Virus record (IMG/VR): IMGVR_UViG_3300009180_000025
DNA: 64,000 nt
Direction: 5' to 3' (one strand)
Origin: an uncultured virus (IMG/VR IMGVR_UViG_3300009180_000025)
Lineage: Duplodnaviria; Heunggongvirae; Uroviricota; Caudoviricetes
Made by a program: the position numbers and the translations under genes. Shown one piece after another: positions 1 to 9,067 of this stretch (within the stretch, counting starts at the first letter, position 1; the number at the start of each line of letters is the position of its first letter). The notes under the pieces were generated by a model. That model saw only the letters and a list, made by a program, of their open reading frames with translations. It was not told the DNA's origin and ran no database searches.

Positions 1-40
1 CTTCTGCCCATTCCCGAACCACTGTAGCTTTCAACATCAT
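1..40 (-). CDS. Partial hypothetical early protein (MMLKATVVREWAE...), runs off the window edge
   Basis: ATG at 40 preceded by GGGAGA SD and a consensus promoter. Confidence 0.55.
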   Translation of the reverse strand, partial: MMLKATVVREWAE

Positions 41-80
41 CTGTTCTCCCTTGCTCATACTACTCATACCTTACAATATT

Positions 81-109
81 ACTATAACCCATCTAGATAC
101 AAATGTCAA
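81..109 (-). promoter_or_regulatory. Sigma70-type early promoter TTGACA-N17-TATAGT
   Basis: Read directly; followed by the GTAAGGTATG leader motif shared with other cassettes. Confidence 0.75.
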
Positions 110-157
110 CAACTATTTTCACTCAATCGCACTTTTTCTAGAAACAAGCTCGATATC

Positions 158-233
158 TGGCGAAGGTGCAGAGAGTCGAACTCTGGCTTGCGGAGTTTTG
201 GAGACTCCCGCTCTGCCAATGAGCTACACCGAT
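158..233 (-). tRNA. trnW: tRNA-Trp(CCA) with mismatched acceptor pairs 1-3
   Basis: D arm GCTC/GAGC, anticodon arm GGAGT-CTCCAAA-ACTCC, T arm CAGAG-TTCGACT-CTCTG, encoded CCA. Confidence 0.85.
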
Positions 234-571
234 ATATTTCTTAAGACACCATTGCGATCTATGTATCGCTTAGGTTGCCTCGACGGATTCTTGCGATTTC
301 TTGCAGCATACGTCTTAGTTTGACTATGACAGTTAGGACACAAAAAACACAAGTTTTCTATTCTGTTATCATTACTCTTACCGTTAATATGCTCTAACTG
401 TAAGACTATCGACTCTCCATTCCAAATTCCATGATTTCCACATGAAGAGCATTCATACTTAATGATTTGCTCTTTAATAATTCGTTCCTTTAAACGATGT
501 CTAGGGTATGTCGATTCCTCGACAAAAATTTCGACATTCGTCTTTTTTTCACCAAACTGGTTTACCGGCAT
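224..571 (-). CDS. Free-standing HNH (homing-type) endonuclease
   Basis: CSSC...LQLEHINGKSNDNRIENLCFLCPNCH HNH/zinc motif; GAAGGAG SD. Confidence 0.85.
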   Translation of the reverse strand: MPVNQFGEKKTNVEIFVEESTYPRHRLKERIIKEQIIKYECSSCGNHGIWNGESIVLQLEHINGKSNDNRIENLCFLCPNCHSQTKTYAARNRKNPSRQPKRYIDRNGVLRNISV

Positions 572-598
572 TTGATCATCTCCTTCACGATTCTTACT

Positions 599-606
599 TA
601 TTTATA
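599..606 (-). promoter_or_regulatory. T4-type late promoter TATAAATA upstream of the HNH gene
   Basis: Exact gp55 consensus. Confidence 0.7.
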
Positions 607-662
607 TAAGAGCGGTTCTAAGAACCGCATCGTGAAGTGCCATAACACTTCACCGACATATT

Positions 663-738
663 TGGCTCCCTGACTTGGGCTCGAACCAAGGACATTTTGA
701 TTAACAGTCAAACGCTCTACCAACTGAGCTATCAGGAA
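663..738 (-). tRNA. trnN: tRNA-Asn(GTT)
   Basis: Cloverleaf, anticodon loop CTGTTAA, CCA end. Confidence 0.95.
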
Positions 739-755
739 ACATTCTTCTTACTTAC

Positions 756-784
756 ACAATACTATGTATATAGCCTTATGTCAA
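756..784 (-). promoter_or_regulatory. Sigma70-type promoter TTGACA-N17-TATTGT inside the tRNA cluster
   Basis: Read directly. Confidence 0.5.
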
Positions 785-793
785 GCATTATTT

Positions 794-879
794 TGGCGGA
801 TCGTGTGGGAATCGAACCCACTCTACGTTTCCGTAGTACGGTTTAGCAAACCGCTGCCTTACCATCCGGCCCACGATCC
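794..879 (-). tRNA. trnS: tRNA-Ser(GCT)
   Basis: Long variable arm, loop TTGCTAA, CCA end. Confidence 0.9.
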
Positions 880-886
880 GATGTAC

Positions 887-970
887 TGGTGTCCATGGGG
901 AGAATCGAACTCCCACGACTTGCGTCACTAGCACCTCAAGCTAGCGTGGCTACCGTTACACCACATGGAC
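887..970 (-). tRNA. trnL: tRNA-Leu(GAG)
   Basis: Acceptor GTCCATG/CATGGAC, loop CTTGAGG, long variable arm. Confidence 0.9.
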
Positions 971-975
971 GTAAT

Positions 976-1067
976 TGGCGGAAGAGGTGAGATTCGAACT
1001 CACGGAACGCTTTCACGTTCGTCCGCTTTCAAGGCGGGTGCATTAAGCCGGGCTCTGCCACTCTTCC
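976..1067 (-). tRNA. trnS: tRNA-Ser(TGA)
   Basis: Loop CTTGAAA, long variable arm, CCA end. Confidence 0.9.
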
Positions 1068-1073
1068 ATGTTT

Positions 1074-1148
1074 TGGTTGCAGGAGCGGGACTTGAACCCG
1101 CGATTTACTGGGTATGAGCCAGTCGAGATGCCTCTTCTCTACCCTGCA
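1074..1148 (-). tRNA. trnM: tRNA-Met(CAT), initiator-like
   Basis: Loop CTCATAC; A11-U24 pair in the D stem. Confidence 0.85.
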
Positions 1149-1159
1149 AAACTCTGTTT

Positions 1160-1540
1160 TCATTTATCATAAAAGTCAATAGAATACTTTTGACCATTTT
1201 GAGTAAATGTGATTGTACTATACGTATACACTTGAATTGTCTCAGTCGTATATGTAGTCTCTTCCCAACACTTACGACCCGCTTTATCAGCGCCAATCAC
1301 TCCACCTAGAACAGCACCAGCAGCAGCGCCTTGGTCATCACCAGTGATACCTTTACCAAGCAATCCGCCAATGATCATACCCTCTAAAGCACTCTGTCCA
1401 GCAGAACCTTGCCTACAATATGTCTGGGTAATTGGAGTGTTAATGTCCTGCCATTCGTAATGGTCTTTGATAGTTGCGCTAACTGTCTCCGCAGAAGCAG
1501 AGGTCGCGAACAATAGTGCGATAGCTACGAGAGTTTTCAT
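1160..1540 (-). CDS. Secreted glycine-zipper protein
   Basis: Signal peptide MKTLVAIALLFATSASA; GMIIGGLLG...GAAAGAVLGGVIG; start trimmed to 1540. Confidence 0.7.
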   Translation of the reverse strand: MKTLVAIALLFATSASAETVSATIKDHYEWQDINTPITQTYCRQGSAGQSALEGMIIGGLLGKGITGDDQGAAAGAVLGGVIGADKAGRKCWEETTYTTETIQVYTYSTITFTQNGQKYSIDFYDK

Positions 1541-1731
1541 TTGAACAATCCTGCAATAGTTGCTATGATGAGGAAGATGGTAATGGCTGCAACAAAGCCA
1601 ATCCAAAGTGGTGAAAGAACCCACCACCACGACCACGTGATGTAACCTGTCAACTTCAACGTGATGAACACGATAGTCAACAGACCCAAGAAGTTAGGTC
1701 CGACTTGGACGGATACGTTTTTATCAGCCAT
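1537..1731 (-). CDS. Small two-TM membrane protein
   Basis: LTIVFITLKLTGYITWSWWWVLSPLWI, a common phage membrane family. Confidence 0.7.
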   Translation of the reverse strand: MADKNVSVQVGPNFLGLLTIVFITLKLTGYITWSWWWVLSPLWIGFVAAITIFLIIATIAGLFK

Positions 1732-1943
1732 CAGTTTAGCCTTTCATTCCAAAACATTGCAATTACGTCTTTCATATCCACACCACTCAACTTGATTGGG
1801 GTAGGTGCAAGCAAAATCCAGTCGATGATTTCACCACGGACATTATCTTCAAAGTCACTCTGAACATCGTATGCGTTGATACGAGCGACCTCATCAATGA
1901 CCATTCTATCCATTCTTCCACTCACGTCCTTCATTAAGCGCAT
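1731..1943 (-). CDS. Hypothetical protein
   Basis: ORF coupled to the next gene, downstream of a promoter. Confidence 0.55.
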   Translation of the reverse strand: MRLMKDVSGRMDRMVIDEVARINAYDVQSDFEDNVRGEIIDWILLAPTPIKLSGVDMKDVIAMFWNERLN

Positions 1944-1961
1944 CGGTTACTGCATGAATAT

Positions 1962-1990
1962 AGTATATATCTTGTACGTTAGAATGTCAA
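1962..1990 (-). promoter_or_regulatory. Sigma70-type promoter TTGACA-N17-TATACT
   Basis: Read directly. Confidence 0.7.
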
Positions 1991-2007
1991 CAACTATTTT
2001 ACTACTA

Positions 2008-3387
2008 TCACGTAATAAAATCCTTTAGTCTTTTTTTACGATCATCTTCAGCTGATCCAAATGAAGATTTATTGAATACTGGCGTATCGTCCATGATATC
2101 ACCCTGTGCTGACTCCTCTACGTTGTATAGCCTCATCTTAGCACGATCAATCCCAACCACGAAGCGCCGATGAATCGTTGGGTCGTTATAACGATTCTTG
2201 AGTTGCTTAATCATGATCTGATTCAGATCTTCCATTTGTTCACTGGAGATGAGCGCGAACATTAAGTCAGCAGTCGCCGGTAGGCCGAAAGACTCAGCGG
2301 TGTCTGTCAATTCGACGTCAGAATTACCGTATCCAGATCTAGTAGTCTGAGTAGCAGAAACCACAGGAACGTTAAACTCAACGGCAAGACCACGTAGTTC
2401 TTCAGCAATCGACTTAATGTAAGTATACGAATTGATGTTTGAACCCGCTTTGATGCGACTAGAAGAGCATATGTTGAGATAGTCAATGTAGATAATATCA
2501 GGAACAAAATTTCGCTTGATACGAAGTTCATTGATAAGATGACGGAAGTTTGCAGAGCCAGCAGAAGCGGTAGGGTATTCTTTAACGATAAGCTTTCCAA
2601 TAGTCTTCTCCTTTACTCGACTAAGCTTCTTGTCATACGAGTCTTTTGGAAGAGTAGAAAGTTCGTCAACAGTAACATTCAAAAGGTTTGCATCGATGCG
2701 CTCAGCAATCTTTTCCTCTGACATCTCCATCGTAATGTAGAGTACGTTCTTGCCTTGTGTCAGATTATAAGATGCACAGTGACACATGAATAGTGACTTA
2801 CCCACGCCAGTTCCGGCTAGAGCGATATTGAGAGTCTTTCTAACAAGTCCACCCTTCGTGATTTTATTCAAATAATCAATATCGAATGGAATGTGTTCTT
2901 CCTTACGATGATAGAACTCATATCGATCGTCTGAGTTTGCAAAATAGTCGTGACCGATGCTTACATCAAAAGAAACACCTAAAGCTTCACTAAGAAGTGT
3001 TGGGATGGCTCCCGTCGATGAAGCACCAGTTTTATCATCGATGATCTTAATCGAAGCCATGATGGCATTATAGATCGCCTTCTCTTGACAGAACTTCTCA
3101 GTAGAGTCGAGAAGCCACTTGAGCTCGGTGTTATCTATTTGCAAGTCTTCAATAAGTCGTTTAGACTCTTTGAACGCATTCTCGTTGAGACCATCACGAT
3201 TGTTGAGCTCAATCATCAACACCTCTTTAGTTGGGGTGCTATTGTACTTTTTAACATAGTCATCAATCAGACTATAGACTACTTTGTCAGATAGGTTATG
3301 GAAGTATTCATTCTTAAGGAAAGGAAGACTTTTTCTTGCATACGACTCATTGAATACTAAGTGTGATAAGATAGTCTTTTCAATCAT
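2008..3387 (-). CDS. gp41: Replicative DNA helicase (T4 gp41-like)
   Basis: Walker A AGTGVGKS, IDYLN, SATQTTR, ESFGLPATAD, KQLKNRY. Confidence 0.97.
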   Translation of the reverse strand: MIEKTILSHLVFNESYARKSLPFLKNEYFHNLSDKVVYSLIDDYVKKYNSTPTKEVLMIELNNRDGLNENAFKESKRLIEDLQIDNTELKWLLDSTEKFCQEKAIYNAIMASIKIIDDKTGASSTGAIPTLLSEALGVSFDVSIGHDYFANSDDRYEFYHRKEEHIPFDIDYLNKITKGGLVRKTLNIALAGTGVGKSLFMCHCASYNLTQGKNVLYITMEMSEEKIAERIDANLLNVTVDELSTLPKDSYDKKLSRVKEKTIGKLIVKEYPTASAGSANFRHLINELRIKRNFVPDIIYIDYLNICSSSRIKAGSNINSYTYIKSIAEELRGLAVEFNVPVVSATQTTRSGYGNSDVELTDTAESFGLPATADLMFALISSEQMEDLNQIMIKQLKNRYNDPTIHRRFVVGIDRAKMRLYNVEESAQGDIMDDTPVFNKSSFGSAEDDRKKRLKDFIT

Positions 3388-3414
3388 TTTTAACTTTCAT
3401 CTGTGTTGTATTTT

Positions 3415-4461
3415 TTATTCTTCTGTTTCATTTTGATTTACCAAAGATCCAGAAGCAATCGTGTATTTATTCTTGATCCATTCAGCAAAATCAGTAGTCT
3501 TCAATAATGTTTTCCAAGCTTCACCATTATCTTCAATCTCAGAAGCTTTCATCTTTGCACCAATGAGTTCGCCAGTTGTTCTATCAACAAACTGATAGGA
3601 TTGAGATGTAGGTTTCGAAATGTAACCTCCTTCGAGAGCTAAGTCGAGTAGGCCTGACCACTTTTTGATACCACCCTCATAAGAGACAGTGATTGGGATC
3701 TTAGACTTTTCTTTAACATAACGAGACTTTTCAACATTAATAACAAAGTTATAGCCAGTGATCTCCTTGCCATCTTTCTCCTGTTGACGACCAAGGATCC
3801 AAATGGTGTCAGCAGAATAATAGATACCAGTACCACCTGAGACAATATCACGTGGATAGAGAGCCATCTCTTTGTAAGTGTGGTTGACTACAATGAGTGG
3901 AATATCTTTGATTGTCAGATGCGGTGTTACCATACGGAAAAGTGATTTAAGTGCTTTAGCTCGGGACATATCAGCAACTGACTTACCTTCAAGAGCATCG
4001 TCAGTTTCTTTCTTCGATGCCAAGTTACCGACCGAGTCAATAACAATCACCACCTTATCGTCGCGTCCGATTTCTTCAAGTTGTTTGACGATATCAAACT
4101 TGAGTTTTTCGATGTCGGTGATTGGCGTATGAATTACGCGATCCATGTCAATGTTGAAAGACTCGAAGTAACTTTTTGGCGTACCAAACTCAGAGTCATA
4201 GAATAGAAGAACACTCTCTGGGTACTGCTTCATATAAGCGCCAGCCATAAGGAGAGAAAAGGCTGACTTGAAGTGCTTCGACGGACCAGCCATAATGGTT
4301 AGTCCTGGAGTTAATCCACCGTCGATGCGACCCGAGAGCGCTACGTTCACCATTGGAACGCTAGTTGTAATCATATCTTTACGATTATAGATCTTACTTT
4401 CAGTGAGTACTGAAGATAGTTCGATCGTAGAATTCTTGATAAGGCGATTGATAAGAGACAA
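3415..4461 (-). CDS. uvsX: RecA-like recombinase
   Basis: AGPSKHFKS, FYDSEFG, IDSVGNLASKKE, VSGGTG. Confidence 0.97.
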   Translation of the reverse strand: MSLINRLIKNSTIELSSVLTESKIYNRKDMITTSVPMVNVALSGRIDGGLTPGLTIMAGPSKHFKSAFSLLMAGAYMKQYPESVLLFYDSEFGTPKSYFESFNIDMDRVIHTPITDIEKLKFDIVKQLEEIGRDDKVVIVIDSVGNLASKKETDDALEGKSVADMSRAKALKSLFRMVTPHLTIKDIPLIVVNHTYKEMALYPRDIVSGGTGIYYSADTIWILGRQQEKDGKEITGYNFVINVEKSRYVKEKSKIPITVSYEGGIKKWSGLLDLALEGGYISKPTSQSYQFVDRTTGELIGAKMKASEIEDNGEAWKTLLKTTDFAEWIKNKYTIASGSLVNQNETEE

Positions 4462-4506
4462 TGTGATACTCCATGTTCACGATCTAAGTATATCTAAATA
4501 TAATAT

Positions 4507-4535
4507 AGTATACAACTTTTTGGTATATATGTCAA
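4507..4535 (-). promoter_or_regulatory. Promoter TTGACA-N17-TATACT for uvsX
   Basis: Read directly. Confidence 0.7.
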
Positions 4536-4556
4536 TCTTTTTTATGCAGTATTCGT

Positions 4557-5198
4557 TTATTTTTTTAGTATCCAATGACAAGATTTATCATTAATATGAT
4601 TACCGTGTATCAAAGTGCACCCCAATTCAGCTGCTATATTTCTAACTAAAAGAGTCATTTTTGGTTTGTCTGATTCAACATTTCTTCTAGGATAATAATT
4701 TCTACCAAAAATCATTCCATTAGGTTTTAATAATGGCAAAAGCTTTCTTATTAAACTATAGAACAATTTGTCATATCCATTAAAGCGATTTGTAGCGATA
4801 TCGCAATAGATGAAGTCCCATTCTTTAAAGATTCTTTTATCATCAGAGGTTTCATTTAATTTTATGTTTATTATTTCAGCGTCAACGTTGTACATCTTTA
4901 AGAAAAATTCTAGATTTTCTTCATTATTTTCAATATTATGAACGCTCGTGTAGGGCAGACATTTTTCCATAAGAAAAGAAAAGATGAAGGCATCTACAAT
5001 GACTATGTTTGGTGAGTCAGCAAACTTATTAACAATTATGGCTTCAGCTCCAAGACCAACACCCAGCATAAGCACATCTGCATTGGATGGAAGCTGAAAA
5101 CTCTGTTCAACTATTTCAAGGAGAAATTCTTTTTCGCATTGTGTTGGAACCGTAGAATGAAGATCATCTATAAATTTCATTTTTTTCTTATAATCCAA
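4557..5198 (-). CDS. Class I SAM-dependent methyltransferase-like protein
   Basis: VLMLGVGLG motif I, WDFIYCD, LKPNGMIFG. Confidence 0.7.
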   Translation of the reverse strand: MDYKKKMKFIDDLHSTVPTQCEKEFLLEIVEQSFQLPSNADVLMLGVGLGAEAIIVNKFADSPNIVIVDAFIFSFLMEKCLPYTSVHNIENNEENLEFFLKMYNVDAEIINIKLNETSDDKRIFKEWDFIYCDIATNRFNGYDKLFYSLIRKLLPLLKPNGMIFGRNYYPRRNVESDKPKMTLLVRNIAAELGCTLIHGNHINDKSCHWILKK

Positions 5199-5830
5199 TA
5201 AAGATTTTCACTTTTATTATCAAAATCAAATTCAATAGCATCATTCAATTCATAGAATAATGATTCTACTATTGGAGTCATCTTAAAATCTGGTTTTGTA
5301 AAATAAAAGAAATCGTCTCCCATTAGAATTCCACCATTATTTAACATATTCCACAATTTCTTAAGCATTTTTTTTATCATATAGAATTGTGGAATAGCTT
5401 CTCCATTGTCTTCGCAGTCATAATATATGAAATCCCAGTTAGCGCCAATCTCGTCAATGATTTTAGTTTCATAGATATTTTTATCAAATACATCATCTAC
5501 ATATACATCAAAGTCTTTGCAATGTTTCAAATAATCTTGACGAGTGTTACTTATTTCGCCGCGGTCTTCAAATTTTATTTTAAATTTCCCTTTAGCTAAT
5601 CCTCGAGCCCGATCTTCAAATTCGTTTTCATACCATACGTCAATCGAGGTTATCTTACAAGTCGGACACATTTTTTTTATTACTATAGTTTCTGCGCCTT
5701 GACCTGGACCAAGGATTAAAACTTTGGAGAAAGGCTTTAACTTCGAAGCCTCTTCTCCTATCTTTAGTAGATCTTTTTTATGTTTGTAAGTCGGAATTGT
5801 TTTTAGAATTTTTTCAATCAAGTCTTCCAA
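5177..5830 (-). CDS. Class I SAM-dependent methyltransferase-like protein (paralog of neighbour)
   Basis: VLILGPGQG, SIDVW, WDFIYYD, LNNGGILMGDDF. Confidence 0.72.
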   Translation of the reverse strand: MEDLIEKILKTIPTYKHKKDLLKIGEEASKLKPFSKVLILGPGQGAETIVIKKMCPTCKITSIDVWYENEFEDRARGLAKGKFKIKFEDRGEISNTRQDYLKHCKDFDVYVDDVFDKNIYETKIIDEIGANWDFIYYDCEDNGEAIPQFYMIKKMLKKLWNMLNNGGILMGDDFFYFTKPDFKMTPIVESLFYELNDAIEFDFDNKSENLYWIIRKK

Positions 5831-6473
5831 ATGCCCATTTCCTTTCTACACACCACCAACATTTTCCGCAATGAGGTTGAGTAAAATGTGTTTTTCTACT
5901 TTCACAACTTCTCGTGATTGGAAAAAGCGTATCAGTTAATCCATAATAGTTATACAATTCGGCGATAGCTTTCTTATTCACATTAGCAAAAGGAACATAT
6001 GAGTTCTTTCTTTTGATGGGCTTTATGCCTAAAGATTTTTCTCTATTAGCCATGCCATCCCAGCCATTGTCAAGTACAAGTTTGACGTCAGCATCTGGGT
6101 TTTCAGTTATTCCAGTGAAGTGAGTTTGTATAATGCCGTTATTTCTCAATAGTCTTGTATACTCAGTTAGTTCTTCGGCATAAGTGTCAGGATTAACTAA
6201 TTCAGGTTTTATTTGGTGAATATAGAATTGCACTCCAACTTGTTTTTCGATAAATCCAATTACTCTGTGAGCAAAAATATGTTGGTAAGGTTTGGCCGCA
6301 TTAATGGCTGTGAATGGAATCAGATCTATGTCTCGCACATCTCTTTTATACAAGGCTAACATGTACGACAGGATCGCGCTGTCTGCTCCTCCTGAAATCT
6401 TTATTCCAACTTTAGAATATTTCTCAGGAACATCGATGATTATTTCACCCTGAGACGTTTCAACTTTAATCAT
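5814..6473 (-). CDS. QueC-like PP-loop ATPase
   Basis: ISGGADS PP-loop; TRSC...HCGKCWWCVER zinc site. Confidence 0.8.
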   Translation of the reverse strand: MIKVETSQGEIIIDVPEKYSKVGIKISGGADSAILSYMLALYKRDVRDIDLIPFTAINAAKPYQHIFAHRVIGFIEKQVGVQFYIHQIKPELVNPDTYAEELTEYTRLLRNNGIIQTHFTGITENPDADVKLVLDNGWDGMANREKSLGIKPIKRKNSYVPFANVNKKAIAELYNYYGLTDTLFPITRSCESRKTHFTQPHCGKCWWCVERKWAFGRLD

Positions 6474-8977
6474 CCAAAGAACCCTTCAATAGATGCTTTC
6501 TTTTCAGTCTGCCATCCAATCGCATCGAGGATCGTCTTGAGAGGATCGACGAAAGTTTTAGCATATTGCAGCTCATAGTCTATATATGTTTCAAGACCAA
6601 GCTCAGGAGGTAGAGCGCCAAGTGTTGCAATAACGTTTTCGCGGATTGGATTAGGAAGTTTCATATAGCAGAACTTAATCTTGTCGCCTTCTTTGATTAG
6701 TTCATAGCGATTATTGAGTTTCTTTTGCTTGATGAAGTGATTGTACAGAAGAGCACCACGAACTTGAATAGGCGTGCCTTTCCTATAAATTCCATCACGA
6801 TCACCATATTCGCCGAGACCTTTGCAGCCACGAGGGAACGCGACTTCTTCGTACGGGAGCTTATAGAACTTCTTACGGAATTCATCGATGAATTCTACTA
6901 CGTCTCGTTCAGACTTTTCAATGATAATCTTGATACACTTCTTGATGTTTTCGCGACAGGCTTGAGGTGTCGATGATCTTACTGCTTCGATTCCAACAAT
7001 CTTAATCTTAGGTTCAGAGTAAGCAACACCTTCGTTGTTCCACACATTCAAGATGTAGTGCTTCTTCGCGGTCCATATACCTTTATCGGCGATGGCTTCA
7101 CGCTTCATCTTCATCTTTTGAGAGTAGGCATTAACATATCCGCTAAGGCGCCCATAGCATAACTCAATATAAGGTTCAAGCTTCCCATCAATAGCCTCGT
7201 CCAAGAATTTGACGATTTCAGGTGTAGGATGCTTCTCGAGGCCGCATTTATTGACCAACGAGTCAAGCGTAATGTACATAGAATCCGTATCGCATGCAAT
7301 GACATAGTCTTTGTCTTTCGTTTTAAAGAGTTTGTTTAGATACTTATTCATATCGCGCGCGATCCACATAATCGCCAACTGACCAGAAAGAGTGATAGAC
7401 TCAGCAAGAGTGTCATCATACCAACGAAAATATTTATTCGATAAAGCACCATAAGCTGAGTTCAATTGGATCTTTCGCGCAAGTTGCATATTGTGGTTCT
7501 GCGCAATGATCTTTTCAAGTTCAGGAGTAGGTGTCTTCTCGTATTGTTGTTTTGCTTCGAGCATTCTATTCTTATACACGACGCGATCGTTATACATTTT
7601 TTCCATGAGCTTAGGAAGAAATCCTTGTTTACTGCGATCAAACATAACACCTGAACCAGTAACCGCTACGTTTCTGGCAATAATCTCATTCTTAATTTGT
7701 GGTTCGTCGAGGTAGCCATCCATGATCCTTTCGACTGAGGTTTCTTCACTGAGTGGAAGTCTGCCGGCGAAAGTTTCAGGAGAGATGTTGTATTGCATAA
7801 TTAGATGAGGGTAGAGAGAATTCAAGTCGAATGACACAACCCACTTGTGCATGCCTAAGATAGGATCTTTAACGTAGCCACCAACAATGTTCTTGTCTTT
7901 CTTTGACTGTTTAGTTTGTGGAATGACGACGTGTTGACCAATTAGATAGTTGTGAATGATCACATCCCAGATGCGAACGGATCCAAAAACATCTTGGTAG
8001 TTTACCTTTGCGTCGTAGGCAATAGCAAACACCTGCTCAATTAACTTAAGCTTATCGTCGAGCTTTGCAACGATCTCGACATCGCGGATGTTATACTCAA
8101 TAAACTTTTGGAAGTCATTCCTGTAAAGCTCGAGCAAAGAACCGTGTTCCGAATAGTCGATCTTTTGAATGCCGAGTTCAATCTGACCGATATAGTCGAG
8201 ACGATAAGACTCTTGGTTCGTGAATGAAAACTTTTTGTAAGCTCGCATATAGTCGAGCGAAGTGATACCCATGATGTCGTAGAACTTAGTTCCCTGATCA
8301 TCTCGATCCTCCACCATATTCCATGGCGAAAGCTTTTTGTACATCTCACCGCCAAGAATTCGTTGAACTCGGTTAACGATATATGGAATATCAAACCCAT
8401 CGATGTTCCAACCGGTGACTACGTCAGGCGATAACCAATCTGATCGCCATAGATCTAGAAACTTGAGAAGAAGCCGCATCTCATCTTCACACTTGAAGTA
8501 CTTAATCTTCTCGTTATCAGTTACAAACTCGCCACAACCCAATACAATGTAGATGTCGTTTTTCTTTATGGTGATCGCCGTGATAGGTTTTTCGGCTGTA
8601 TAAGGATCTGGAAATCCATCGTCAGAAGCAACCTCAATGTCGATGTTAACGACTGACACCATCTTTGGATCATAGTCGATCTCGCCGGTGTAGTAATCAT
8701 TGAGGAAAGGATATAGCCATTGCGTCATACCGCAGATTTCAAACCCATCTACGTTTGCGTATTGACGAGCAAAGTCTCGAGCTTCATTTGGACGATCGAA
8801 GTAGATCTTATCCATAGCCTTACCCTGCAGAGTTTTAAACTCTGCATCTGTTCGCTTTGAATTTACGAAGAGATAAGGCTTGCATGGAATTTTGCGCTGA
8901 ATTCTTTCACCGTCTTCAAATCCACGGAGAAAGATTGTGTCATAATGTAAGAATGCGTTTGTATAGAACTTTGTCAT
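6470..8977 (-). CDS. gp43: Family B DNA polymerase (T4 gp43-like)
   Basis: DIEV exonuclease motif, SFDLNSLYP, KIQLNSAYG, CDTDS; start trimmed to MTKFY. Confidence 0.98.
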   Translation of the reverse strand: MTKFYTNAFLHYDTIFLRGFEDGERIQRKIPCKPYLFVNSKRTDAEFKTLQGKAMDKIYFDRPNEARDFARQYANVDGFEICGMTQWLYPFLNDYYTGEIDYDPKMVSVVNIDIEVASDDGFPDPYTAEKPITAITIKKNDIYIVLGCGEFVTDNEKIKYFKCEDEMRLLLKFLDLWRSDWLSPDVVTGWNIDGFDIPYIVNRVQRILGGEMYKKLSPWNMVEDRDDQGTKFYDIMGITSLDYMRAYKKFSFTNQESYRLDYIGQIELGIQKIDYSEHGSLLELYRNDFQKFIEYNIRDVEIVAKLDDKLKLIEQVFAIAYDAKVNYQDVFGSVRIWDVIIHNYLIGQHVVIPQTKQSKKDKNIVGGYVKDPILGMHKWVVSFDLNSLYPHLIMQYNISPETFAGRLPLSEETSVERIMDGYLDEPQIKNEIIARNVAVTGSGVMFDRSKQGFLPKLMEKMYNDRVVYKNRMLEAKQQYEKTPTPELEKIIAQNHNMQLARKIQLNSAYGALSNKYFRWYDDTLAESITLSGQLAIMWIARDMNKYLNKLFKTKDKDYVIACDTDSMYITLDSLVNKCGLEKHPTPEIVKFLDEAIDGKLEPYIELCYGRLSGYVNAYSQKMKMKREAIADKGIWTAKKHYILNVWNNEGVAYSEPKIKIVGIEAVRSSTPQACRENIKKCIKIIIEKSERDVVEFIDEFRKKFYKLPYEEVAFPRGCKGLGEYGDRDGIYRKGTPIQVRGALLYNHFIKQKKLNNRYELIKEGDKIKFCYMKLPNPIRENVIATLGALPPELGLETYIDYELQYAKTFVDPLKTILDAIGWQTEKKASIEGFFG

Positions 8978-8983
8978 AACTTT

Positions 8984-9012
8984 ATAATAATCCAAACTCA
9001 CCAATTTGTCAA
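8984..9012 (-). promoter_or_regulatory. Promoter TTGACA-N17-TATTAT for gp43
   Basis: -10 box lies 6 nt before the ATG. Confidence 0.6.
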
Positions 9013-9014
9013 CT

Positions 9015-9040
9015 AAAAAGAGGGGGAAAATCCCCCTCTT
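9015..9040 (-). terminator. Rho-independent terminator
   Basis: AAGAGGGGGA-TTT-TCCCCCTCTT followed by a T-run. Confidence 0.8.
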
Positions 9041-9067
9041 AATCACTTTAGTTATAGACTATAGTCT

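Noticed and set aside
224..657. Group I intron in tRNA-Trp
   Set aside because: No recognisable catalytic core, too little non-ORF sequence, and the insertion is not in the anticodon loop.
51..1296. Track ORFs 51..323 and 1105..1296
   Set aside because: They overlap tRNA genes and are shadow ORFs.
5814..6473. 7-deazaguanine DNA modification system
   Set aside because: Only a QueC-like gene is present; no dpdA, folE, queD or queE in the window.
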